Below are positions 20,038 to 29,800 of a DNA stretch of 64,000 bases, one piece after another. Position 1 is the stretch's first letter. Every line of letters begins with the position of its first letter. The stretch lies in the NCBI GenBank assembly GCA_016873675.1, contig VGWG01000003.1:3626-67625 (forward strand), given 5' to 3'. The stretch is from Lentisphaerota bacterium (GTDB taxonomy: Bacteria; Verrucomicrobiota; Kiritimatiellia; RFP12; JAAYNR01). Under the pieces are notes generated by a model. It was not told where the DNA came from. It ran no database searches and saw nothing but the letters and a program-made list of their open reading frames with translations. The position numbers and the translations under genes are program-made.

Positions 20038-22446
20038 GTGAGCACCCCGAATATCCAACTGGCTGATCCGGTCCGCGCCGAAGATCTCGACCGAATCCTC
20101 GACGAAACCGGACGCAACAGCGCGGCGGTCATTGCTGTGCTGCAGGGGATTCAGGCGCGGTATCGCTATCTGCCCGAGGCGGCCCTGCGCTACGTCTGCG
20201 ACCATTCCGAAATCACGCCGGCCGCCATCGTCGGCGTCTCGACCTTCTACACGCAGTTTCGACACACGCCCGCAGGCAGGCACACAGTCAGCGTCTGCGT
20301 GGGAACGGCCTGCCACGTCAAGGGTGCCAGTGGCATTCTGGCGGCGCTGCGTCGCCATTTGAAGCTCGCCGATGGTGCCGACACCGACGCCGACCGCCGC
20401 TTCACCCTGCGCGAGGTCAATTGCCTCGGTTGCTGCACGCTGGCCCCTGTGGTGCAGGTGGACAGCGTGATCTATGGCTACGCGACTCCCGAGACCGTGG
20501 GCAACATCCTGCAGGATTTTCTCAACCGGGGAGGCGGACAGGACTCGCGCGGCGCCTCCTCCGATCCGTCGCCAGGTCCGTCAGTCGGCGACATCCGCGT
20601 CGGCATGGGCTCCTGTTGCGTGGCCAGCGGCGCTTCGGAGATCGAAGCCGCGCTACATGACCGCGTGTCGGCGCTGCGCCTCCCCGTGCGCATTCAGCGG
20701 GTCGGCTGTCTCGGCCTCTGCTACGAGGAGCCGGTGATCGAAGTGGCGGCGCACGGGCGCCCGTCGCGCCTGTACACGCGGGTGAAGCCGGAAGATATCC
20801 CCGCGATCTTAACCGCGCATTTTCCCCCGCCCAGCCGCTGGACCCGTCTCCGTCACGCCGCCGGACACTGGGTCGAACAGCTCTACACCGACGCGGCTTG
20901 GACGGGCGCGCATTGCGCTGGCATGGACGCGCGCGACCCCCAGATCGCGCCCTATCTCGACCCTCAAGTGCCGATCGCCACCGAGGGCTGCGGCCAGCTC
21001 GATCCGCTCAGTCTCTCCGATTATTGCGGCGCGCACGGGTTCGAAGGATTCCAAGCGGCGCTGCGGCTGCGCCCTGAGGACGTGGTGCGCCAGATCGCCG
21101 ACAGCGGCCTGCGCGGCCGGGGTGGCGGCGGCTATCCGACCGGCCGCAAATGGGGCGAGGTCGCGCGCGAGGTGAACGACGTCAAGTATGTGGTCTGCAA
21201 TGGCGACGAGGGCGACCCGGGCGCGTTCATGGACCGCATGCTACTCGAATCGTTTCCCTACCGCATAATCGAGGGGATGCTGATCGCCGGATACGCAGTC
21301 GGAGCGACACAGGGCGTGCTCTACATCCGCGCCGAATATCCGCTGGCGATCCGGCGCGTCAGCGCGGCACTCGACGCCTGCCGCGCCGCCGGCTGGCTGG
21401 GACCCCACATCCTCGGCAGCGACTTTTCATTCGAACTCACGATCATGACGGGGGCAGGCGCGTTCGTCTGCGGCGAAGAGACCGCACTTATCGCCTCGAT
21501 TGAGGGCAAGCGCGGCATGCCCCGCATGCGGCCGCCCTATCCGTCTCAATGCGGTCTGCACGGCCGCCCCACGCTGGTGAACAACACCGAGACCTTCGCC
21601 CTGATTTCGTGGATCCTGCGCCACGGGCCCGCCGCATTCGCCGCCATCGGCTCCGCGCGCAGCAGAGGCACCAAGGTATTTGCGCTGGCCGGCAAGGTGC
21701 GGCGGGGAGGCCTGATCGAAGTACCCATGGGGATGACGATCCGCCGGGTGATCGACGACATCGGCGGCGGCATCGCCGACGGGCGCCGCCTGAAGGCGGT
21801 GCAGATTGGCGGGCCTTCCGGCGGATGTATTCCCGAACGGCTTGCCGATACGCCCATCGACTACGAGGCGCTGGTCGAGGCGGGCGCCATGATGGGCTCG
21901 GGCGGGCTGGTGGCGCTCGATGACGCAGATTGCATGGTGGAGATCGCCCGCTTCTTTCTCGCCTTCACCCAGCATGAGTCGTGCGGGAAATGCACCTTCT
22001 GCAGGATCGGCACCACCCGCATGCTGGACATACTCGAACGGCTGTGCGGCGGCACGGGCAAACCCTCCGATCTCGATGAGCTCGAGCGTTTGGCGTCCGT
22101 GGTCAAACGCGGCAGCCTCTGCGGTCTGGGAAAGTCCGCGCCTAACCCGGTGCTCACCACGCTGCGCTATTTTCGGGAAGAATACGAGGCGCACGCCGGA
22201 GGCGTATGCCCGGCGGGCCAATGCAAGGCACTGATCTCCTACCAGATCACCGACGACTGCATCGGCTGCACCCGCTGCGCGCAACAGTGTCCGGTCGGCG
22301 CCATCCCGCCGACCCCGTATGAACGGCACGCGATCAACCCCGAAACATGCGTGCGCTGCGACGGCTGCAGGACGGCCTGCCCGGCCGGGGCCGTCGTGGT
22401 GATGTCCGGAAACAGGATTGTGAAACATGGTTACGCTAAACATTGA
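20038..22446 (+). CDS. Fused NuoE-like [2Fe-2S] + NuoF-like (FMN, NADH-binding, [4Fe-4S]) flavoprotein with C-terminal 2x[4Fe-4S] ferredoxin. It is of the HydB/HoxF/FdhB type.
   Basis: It carries CVGTACHVKGA…CLGCC (NuoE), GRGGGGYPTGRKWG, CNGDEGDPGAF and ESCGKCTFCRIGT (NuoF). The C-terminus has CIGCTRCAQQCP and CVRCDGCRTACP. A GTG start at 20038 avoids overlap; the track ORF begins at 19936. Confidence 0.85.
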   Translation: MSTPNIQLADPVRAEDLDRILDETGRNSAAVIAVLQGIQARYRYLPEAALRYVCDHSEITPAAIVGVSTFYTQFRHTPAGRHTVSVCVGTACHVKGASGILAALRRHLKLADGADTDADRRFTLREVNCLGCCTLAPVVQVDSVIYGYATPETVGNILQDFLNRGGGQDSRGASSDPSPGPSVGDIRVGMGSCCVASGASEIEAALHDRVSALRLPVRIQRVGCLGLCYEEPVIEVAAHGRPSRLYTRVKPEDIPAILTAHFPPPSRWTRLRHAAGHWVEQLYTDAAWTGAHCAGMDARDPQIAPYLDPQVPIATEGCGQLDPLSLSDYCGAHGFEGFQAALRLRPEDVVRQIADSGLRGRGGGGYPTGRKWGEVAREVNDVKYVVCNGDEGDPGAFMDRMLLESFPYRIIEGMLIAGYAVGATQGVLYIRAEYPLAIRRVSAALDACRAAGWLGPHILGSDFSFELTIMTGAGAFVCGEETALIASIEGKRGMPRMRPPYPSQCGLHGRPTLVNNTETFALISWILRHGPAAFAAIGSARSRGTKVFALAGKVRRGGLIEVPMGMTIRRVIDDIGGGIADGRRLKAVQIGGPSGGCIPERLADTPIDYEALVEAGAMMGSGGLVALDDADCMVEIARFFLAFTQHESCGKCTFCRIGTTRMLDILERLCGGTGKPSDLDELERLASVVKRGSLCGLGKSAPNPVLTTLRYFREEYEAHAGGVCPAGQCKALISYQITDDCIGCTRCAQQCPVGAIPPTPYERHAINPETCVRCDGCRTACPAGAVVVMSGNRIVKHGYAKH

Positions 22447-23992
22447 CCGGCGCCCGGTGGACGTGCCTGCTGGAACAACCCTGCTGGTCGCGGCCCGCAG
22501 GCTCGGCATCGCCATCCCAACGCTCTGCTTTCGCGATGGCCTGGAGCACGTCACCTCCTGCATGCTCTGCGTGGTCGAGGACGTCCGGACGGGTTGCCTG
22601 CATCCCGCGTGCTCCACCCCGGTTCAGGACGGCATGGACATCGCGACCGCCAGCGGGACGGTACTGGAGGCGCGCCGCACGGCTCTGGAACTGCTGCTGG
22701 GGGATCATCTCGGCGATTGCGAAGGCCCCTGCGCGCGCGCCTGTGCGGCGGGTATGAACATCCCCGCCATGCTGCGCGCGATCCGCGACGGCGATTTGCG
22801 CGAGGCGATTCGCGTCGTCAAGCGGCACATCGCGCTCCCCGCAGCGCTGGGACGGATCTGCCCGGCGCCCTGCGAAAAGGCGTGCCGCCGCGGCACGCAC
22901 GACGCGCCGGTCGCAATCTGCAGGCTCAAGCGTTTCGTGGCCGACGCCGACCTCGCCTCGCCGGACCCGTATCTTCCCGAGCGCCTGGAATCGAGCGGCT
23001 TCCGGGTGGCCGTGGTCGGCGCCGGCCCGGCCGGGCTCTCCGCCGCCTGCGCGCTCGCGCGCGACGGACACGCATGCACCGTGTTTGAAAAAGGCGACAG
23101 GCCCGGCGGAGGCTTGCGCGCGCCGGAGCTGAGTGACACACTGCCGTCGGCCGTGCTCAACGCCGAAATCGCGCAAATCGCCCGCCTCGGCATGACCTTT
23201 GAGACCGGCGTGGAGATCGGCGTCACCTGCTCGCTTCACGACCTCAAACAGCGTTTTGACGCAATCATTCTGGCGTGGGGTGCCAGCGCATCCAGCCTCC
23301 TGGACCCCCTCGGACTCGAAAGTGGTCCGCACGGGATCACAGCAAACTGGAGAACCCACCGCACCGGCGACCCCGTGATCTTTGCGTGCGGCAACGCGGT
23401 GGTGCCTGGCCGACTGGCCGTGCGGGCGGTTGCGCAGGGACAGGCCGCCGCCCTCGCGGTCGGCCAGATGCTGCGCGGCGAGGCGGTCGTCGGAACGCGG
23501 CACCGCTACAATCACCGGCTCAGCGCTGCCCTGACGCCGGACGAGCTCGCGGCTTTCATGACCGGAACTGCGCCGGGGCCACGCACGGAGCCTGCGGATC
23601 ACGCGACGGGCGGCTACTCAACGGACGAGGCACCCGGAGAGGCGGCGCGGTGCCTCCACTGCGATTGCCGCAAACCCGAGGCCTGCCAATTGCGCCGCTA
23701 TGCCGACGACTACGGGGTGAATCCGCGCGGCTGGAAACCGGCCCATCGGCGTCCGGTCGAGATCGTGCGACACGGCAACACCGTCTACGAACCGGGAAAA
23801 TGCATCGCCTGCGGCATCTGCGTGCGCATCGCCAACGCCGCCCGGGAACCGCTGGGCCTAACCTTCATTGGCCGAGGCTTTACCGTGCGGATCGGGGTTC
23901 CCTTCCATGAGTCATTGGAGAAGGGATTGAGCCAAGTCGCCGCCGCCTGCGTTGAAGCCTGCCCCACCGGCGCGCTGGCCCATGACCGGTGA
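22427..23992 (+). CDS. [2Fe-2S] ferredoxin domain fused to a GltD-like NAD(P)H-dependent FAD oxidoreductase (glutamate synthase small-subunit family).
   Basis: The N-terminus has a NuoG-like 2Fe-2S (CFRDGLEHVTSCMLCVV). CPAPCEKACRRG is GltD Fe-S motif. VAVVGAGPAGLSAACALA is a Rossmann FAD/NAD motif. There is a C-terminal Cys cluster. Confidence 0.8.
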   Translation: MVTLNIDRRPVDVPAGTTLLVAARRLGIAIPTLCFRDGLEHVTSCMLCVVEDVRTGCLHPACSTPVQDGMDIATASGTVLEARRTALELLLGDHLGDCEGPCARACAAGMNIPAMLRAIRDGDLREAIRVVKRHIALPAALGRICPAPCEKACRRGTHDAPVAICRLKRFVADADLASPDPYLPERLESSGFRVAVVGAGPAGLSAACALARDGHACTVFEKGDRPGGGLRAPELSDTLPSAVLNAEIAQIARLGMTFETGVEIGVTCSLHDLKQRFDAIILAWGASASSLLDPLGLESGPHGITANWRTHRTGDPVIFACGNAVVPGRLAVRAVAQGQAAALAVGQMLRGEAVVGTRHRYNHRLSAALTPDELAAFMTGTAPGPRTEPADHATGGYSTDEAPGEAARCLHCDCRKPEACQLRRYADDYGVNPRGWKPAHRRPVEIVRHGNTVYEPGKCIACGICVRIANAAREPLGLTFIGRGFTVRIGVPFHESLEKGLSQVAAACVEACPTGALAHDR

Positions 23993-24348
23993 GTCAGGGC
24001 GGCCACATGGCCGTGTTGCGTTTCGCAAGCAATCCAACCAGCAGGAAGAGTCTAATCACCACTGGCCCCAGGGCAAAACGATCACGCTGGCCGAGCCTAT
24101 TCCTTCACCAGGCTAGTGGCTGCCGGTGGAGGGATCCTCTAACGGAGCTTCCGGTTCTGGAGGCGATGGGCAATGTCAAGACACGGTAATGGGGCGGTCG
24201 TTCTTGCTTGACGCATCCTTTCCGGTTCTGCTAACGTCTCACTTCCAAACGTGCGCTTTCAGCCCGGTTCACAGCGGGCGCGTGATCACGCCGTATGAGA
24301 AGCGATTGCGTATCACGGAGTGGACCACGGAATAAACGGAGAGAAGCC

Positions 24349-26727
24349 GTGTACTTTAAGAAACTCCATCATCCGGGCAATTTTGTGTTCGCTGACTCGT
24401 TCACCGCTGGCCGGTTGGGCGCAGGGAAAACGAAACTTCGGGCGAATGTGCAGGACTTTGGCGGCAACATTTTCCGGTTGCAGGTTTCCGACACGCGTTG
24501 GGGCACCAATTTGAGCCAGGCGGAGCTTGCGCCGGAAAAGGCCGTCGCCGTACCGGCCTCCGGCGCATGCAAGGCGGCTTTTTCCAAGGCCGCGCGCTTC
24601 ACGTTGTCGGATGCTGATGGCGCCGAGGTTCTTGTCGGCCTGGAGTCGGGTTCATTCGGCATTTGCGGCCAGGCCTGGATGATGCAATTCGAGTATGACG
24701 ATGTCCTTCGGTTCTATGGCTTTGGCGAGAAAGTATCGCCTGATCTGGAAAAGACCGGCCTGCGGACCAAGTTCTGGAACACCGATGTCATGAGCGATTT
24801 TGCGTGGGAGGATCTCCAACGCGCGAGGACCGATCCGCCTTATGTCTCCATCCCGTACCTGGCCATCCGGACGGCGCGAGGGTGGGTCGGCATACTCGTC
24901 AACAATCCCTTTGCCGTATTTGCCTGCGCAGGCGGTTCATTCGAGGAAAGCATTTCAACGGCTGGAACCACAAGGCCGAGACGATTCTATCTGGGCTCCG
25001 ACGACGGCATGCCGGAAGTCTGGTTTCTAACCGCCGGGTCGCTGGCCGAATTGACCCGCCGCTACCAGTTCCTGGTCGGAACGACACCCCTGCCGCCACT
25101 CTGGGCTTTGGGGCATCATCAATGCCGCTGGGGCTACGAAAGCGCGCAAGATCTTGCCTATATTAAAAAGCAGATGGCGCTGCATGATATTCCGAACAGC
25201 GGATTGTGGCTGGATATTGACTACATGGACGGGTACCGCGTCTTTTCGTGGAACAGCACCCACTTCCCCGATCCCGTCAAGGATCTCGCCGCGCTTCAGG
25301 CCGATGGCCAGCGCGTGGTGCCGATCCTGGACCCCGGCGTGAAAGACGAAACTGGCTATGGCGTGGCCGAGCGCGGACGGAAAGCTGACGCCTTGTGCCT
25401 GACCCCGGAAGGGACCCCTTACCAGGGCTTTGTGTGGCCCGGAACGACGCTTTTTCCCGATTTTTCAACGCATGCAGGGCGCAACTGGTGGGCCCGCGAG
25501 GTGCGGAAGTTTGCAGCAAACGGACTGGACGGTGCCTGGCTCGACATGAACGATCCCTCCGTGGGCGCGGCCGAGCTCGACCCGATGCGGTTCGACAAAG
25601 GCCAACTGCCCCACGCGGCGTTTCACAACCAGTACGCCACAGGCATGGCAAAGGCCTCGCGCGAAGGCTTCCTGGCGGCCCATCCGGATCGACGCCCCTT
25701 CTTGCTGTGTCGCTCGGGGTTTATCGGTTCACAACGCTATACCGCGCTCTGGACTGGCGACAACATGTCCAACGATGCCTACCTGACGGCGTCGATCCCC
25801 TGCGTGCTCAACCTGGCGCTATCCGGCGTGCCGATGTGCGGGCCTGACGTGCCCGGCTTTGTGGGCGCGGCAGACGAATGGCTGGCCCTGCGCTGGTACC
25901 AGCTCGGGTTCCTGTTCCCGGTGTTGCGCAATCATTGCTGCAAGAGCGATCGTGCGCAAGAGCCCTGGACCTTCACGAAACCGGTTCGCGAGATGATCGC
26001 CCACCTCATCCGCCTGCGCTACCGCCTGATGCCGTACCTGTACAATCTCTGGATAAACCAGGAACAAACGGGCGACGCGGTCTGGCGTCCTCTTTTTTAT
26101 GATTTTAAGGACTCCAGCGACATGCCGCTCGACCGCATTAACGACCAGTTTATGGTGGGGCCTGCCCTCATGCAGGCACCCCTCACCCACAGCAACCCAC
26201 ACGCCTGTTCACGCGATGTGATCCTGCCAGCGGGCGACTGGTACGACTTGCGCACCGGCGAATGGCTGACAGGCCCGGCCCGAGTCCGCGTCGAAATGGG
26301 GCAGTTCCAGACGCTGATGTACGCGCGTGGCGGCGCGCTGGTGCCGATGCTGCCGGAAGCGCCGACGACTCACCGCATCGCGATGGACCAGATTGACATG
26401 CACTGCTTCCTGCGGGACGGGCAAAGCGCCACATTCTGTTACGGTGCCGACGACGGCGAATCGTTCGCGTACACGAAGGGTGTTCGCAGTACGATAACCC
26501 TCACGGCACGCATGCAGGGAACAACGCTCTACGCCGACACTTCGGGGGCAACCGCTGCCTGGAAGCCGCTGAAGATCCGCTTCGTGGTTTATGCGCCCGT
26601 GGAACGGCTGATCGTCAACGGACGAAACGAGAAACTCGGACCCTTTACCTGGCGCGTCACGGGCAAGGAACTGCCTTGTTTGCGCAGCCTGCGGGCCGTG
26701 GGTTCAGGGACACGCACACCCGGCTGA
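24349..26727 (+). CDS. Glycoside hydrolase family 31 (alpha-glucosidase/alpha-xylosidase-like).
   Basis: WALGHHQCRWGY, LWLDIDYMDGYRVF, WPGTTLFPDF and GAWLDMNDP are GH31 catalytic-region motifs. A GTG start at 24349 has a ggagag RBS. The track ORF begins at 24295. Confidence 0.8.
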   Translation: MYFKKLHHPGNFVFADSFTAGRLGAGKTKLRANVQDFGGNIFRLQVSDTRWGTNLSQAELAPEKAVAVPASGACKAAFSKAARFTLSDADGAEVLVGLESGSFGICGQAWMMQFEYDDVLRFYGFGEKVSPDLEKTGLRTKFWNTDVMSDFAWEDLQRARTDPPYVSIPYLAIRTARGWVGILVNNPFAVFACAGGSFEESISTAGTTRPRRFYLGSDDGMPEVWFLTAGSLAELTRRYQFLVGTTPLPPLWALGHHQCRWGYESAQDLAYIKKQMALHDIPNSGLWLDIDYMDGYRVFSWNSTHFPDPVKDLAALQADGQRVVPILDPGVKDETGYGVAERGRKADALCLTPEGTPYQGFVWPGTTLFPDFSTHAGRNWWAREVRKFAANGLDGAWLDMNDPSVGAAELDPMRFDKGQLPHAAFHNQYATGMAKASREGFLAAHPDRRPFLLCRSGFIGSQRYTALWTGDNMSNDAYLTASIPCVLNLALSGVPMCGPDVPGFVGAADEWLALRWYQLGFLFPVLRNHCCKSDRAQEPWTFTKPVREMIAHLIRLRYRLMPYLYNLWINQEQTGDAVWRPLFYDFKDSSDMPLDRINDQFMVGPALMQAPLTHSNPHACSRDVILPAGDWYDLRTGEWLTGPARVRVEMGQFQTLMYARGGALVPMLPEAPTTHRIAMDQIDMHCFLRDGQSATFCYGADDGESFAYTKGVRSTITLTARMQGTTLYADTSGATAAWKPLKIRFVVYAPVERLIVNGRNEKLGPFTWRVTGKELPCLRSLRAVGSGTRTPG

Positions 26728-26872
26728 TCGGCGCGTTTTTTCAAGCCGTCCAGCCTTCGCACGCTCGCCACGAAACGAGGTCACGCATGCCGGGCATGCC
26801 CTTCAAGCATGAGGGGCATCCACGTCACGCCAGCCGCCAACCGAAGATGGACCGCGACGACCCAAGCCATCC

Positions 26873-29800
26873 TCACTGCGGCGCGGTGCGCGCGGCGCGC
26901 GCGCCAAAACGGCCGGTGCGGTCACAGTCAATACGATTAAACTTACCGAGCACCTCGTACATCTGCTCCGGCTGGACCCAGATCCCGATAATGGACGGTC
27001 CCTGCCACTGCCCCATGGAGACGCTGTCGCCCATGGCCGACCAGGGCCAGTCGTCCGGCACCGTGGCGATCCCCTTTCCATGGGTTCCCGCAAACGCCTT
27101 GGCGGGACCGCCATAACTCCGAATCAAAGCGGGCCATTCCTGCACACAGCCACTCAGGCTCAGATCCGGAATGCCCCAGTAGGAGGCGCCATAGTTCCCG
27201 AACGTCTTCGCCAGGCTGGGATCGGTCCCGAGCCCGACCGCAGGGCCGCATACCGCGCCCGTCCAGGCATCCGCTTCTCGCGCCACCGCCCGTGGCCCGC
27301 GACACGCCTTTTCATATTCCAGGCACGTCGGCGGACGCAACCCCGCCCAGGCCGTATAGGAAATGATATCAGGCCAGGACAGAAAGTTGCAGGGACGTTC
27401 CGGTTGCTTCGCGACAAACACCCCGTCCTCCGTGCGCGTAATGGTGTAGCCGTTGATGTCGGTGAGGTCGAGTCCGTAGCGCCAGACGTTCCCATTGCAC
27501 AGCGCGGTGTACCGTCCATGGTTATAGGCATAGGGCTTCTCACCGGGATTCGCGGTATTGAGCAGCGCCACGTACTGTCCCTGGCTGATCGGGTTCTTCA
27601 TGACGTAAAAGGCGCGGTAGCCATTCGGCCACGTCGCCCTCTCCGGCGCGCTGTTGGTCGCGCCCAAATACCCGCCCTCCCGTGTGGCGTCCGCCGTGTT
27701 GATCAGCGTCAACGGCCCACCAAAAACGCTTTTTGACTGGAACGGCCCTTCTGGCACGTAAACCATCTCGACGGCATAAACCTCGGGCTTGATCGTGGCG
27801 GGATCGGTGACGCCATCGGCAGTGTGTAACCAACGAACGGCAATGTTCTTGAACGCATTCGCCCCCCGTCCGACGGTTTTCCGAGAGATGAAAACCCCCA
27901 TGCCGCGCGCGCCATCGTCACTCGCGCCGACTTGCAGGGCGGCATCCGCCGGAACCGCGTGGTGCGTGGCATCCGTGTCGAGCGTGGCGTGCGAGAACGC
28001 GCTCGCCCCAGGGGGCAGGAACTTGACGAAAACCCAGGCGGCGTCCCAGCTTTCGATTTTGAGCGGCTTCCCCGTCACGTTTTTGTCGGCCGGCTCCTCC
28101 CATGCCGCGCGCCAGGAGTTGTCCCATGCGAGGTCGAACGTGATCGTGCGGAAGGGCTCCGCACCGGCCGTCACTTTGATATTCGTAACCTTGACGGAAT
28201 CCGCATGCGTAACCGCGACAGGCGCCGCTGTCGCAACGGGGCCTGGCTTCGGCGAGCCCCCGCCGCCGGAACGACGCCGCGGGCCGGACGGACCCACCAG
28301 GCGAATGGCGTTGCGCGCGTGTCGAGTGCCGCCCATGTGTTCGCCCCCAATCCAGGTCCGTTCCGAGATCAGAGCCCCCCTCATTCCCGTATGCGTTGGC
28401 TCACCCCACTCTTTCGGAGCCGTTTCAAAGGCGGGGGCGTTTTTGATTCGTTTCGGCGGGGCACCGGGCTTGCCGGCCGGCGTTCGGCCGTCACCCGGCG
28501 TACCGCGAAACGCACGCCCCGCGAGACTGCCGATCCGAAAGGCTTGTATTTCCGCGAAGTCCGGGAGTCCCCAATAAGTCGCACCGGCAGATTGCCGGTC
28601 ACTGTCGGCGGTCAGCATATTCCCCACGCGGGTTGCTTGGCCTTCGTCCAGAATCAGCCCGCCATCATACCGTTCGGTAGGCATGCCGAGATCGAGCACT
28701 TTGTTGCCCTTCTTCCATTTTTTGGTGAGGGCCTTGTTGTCGCTCACCTCACCCCAGGTCAATTCCCGGACCACGGCGCGGGCCGGGCCGCGACACGCCT
28801 TTTCGAACTCCAGCTCCGTCATCGGCCGCAACCCCGCCCAAACCGCGTACGAGAAGTAGTCTGCCGTGGAGAGATAACTGCAGCGGCGGAACGGCAGACG
28901 GGCGGTGTACACCGGCGGCTTGACATACTTCGAACGGGGATCCGCCATCGCATCGGCTAGAAACGCATGATCACCGTCCATCGTCTCGGACGCGTCCGGC
29001 TTCCCGGCCATGGTCTCCAACTTCGGAGCGGTGGCCGGCGCTTCCGCCGAAGAATGGATCGTGAATCCATCCAGTTCCCGCACAACAAAAGACGAGTGAC
29101 CGGCGATCCCTGGCATCGTGATCTCTTCCATGTCGCCCATACCGCCCTCGGGGTCCCAGCTGTCGCCGCTGATGAAGGCGCGGGTGGCGGCGACATCGGG
29201 CGGAAGCGAATTCAGAAAATCGGCGTACTGACCCTGTGTCGTCGGGTATTTCATACAATAGAAACCCTCGTAGCCGGTTGGATATTCGTCGTTCAGCGTG
29301 CCGGGCGTTCCGATGGACGTGCCGCCGGCCATTCGTTCCGCGTAAGTAAGTGTGCCCCAGAGTTGGCCGGCGACCGGGCCCAATCGCCGCGCGCGGGTTC
29401 CGTCGGCCACAGGTTTGTTCCACTCGGCATCGACCAAGAACGGAATCGTCGGGCCTCCGCGCCATGCGCCATCGGTCAGATTTCCGAGCGGATATCCATC
29501 AGCCGATTTAGCAACGGGCACTGTTGGTCCGTCCGTAAATGGAGGAAAGCCCGGATCGGCGCCGCATCCGACTCGGAACGGCCCTTCGGGCACATAGATC
29601 ATCGCCACCACATGCGCCTTGATCGCGGCCTGGGTCGGGTCCACTTTGTCGGTTCCGTGCAACCACCGCAGTTTTACACCCTTGAAGTTGTTCGCGCCAT
29701 GCCCGATCGCAGCGCGGTGAATATAGACCCCGAGTCCGCGGTCCCCCCCGATCGTCACGCCGACGGTGTTGGTCGCCCCGGCGGGCATCACGTGATGTGA

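Noticed and set aside
21427-23602. Minus-strand ORFs 21427-22617 and 22436-23602.
   Set aside because: They are antisense to the NuoF-like and GltD-like genes, which have unmistakable cofactor motifs.
23993-24348. 356-nt intergenic region between the GltD-like gene and GH31, screened for a riboswitch or sRNA (a TTGACG…TAACGT promoter-like pair occurs at about 24208-24240).
   Set aside because: No recognisable riboswitch core (B12 box, TPP, SAM, glycine) and no convincing terminator. The promoter call is too weak to list.
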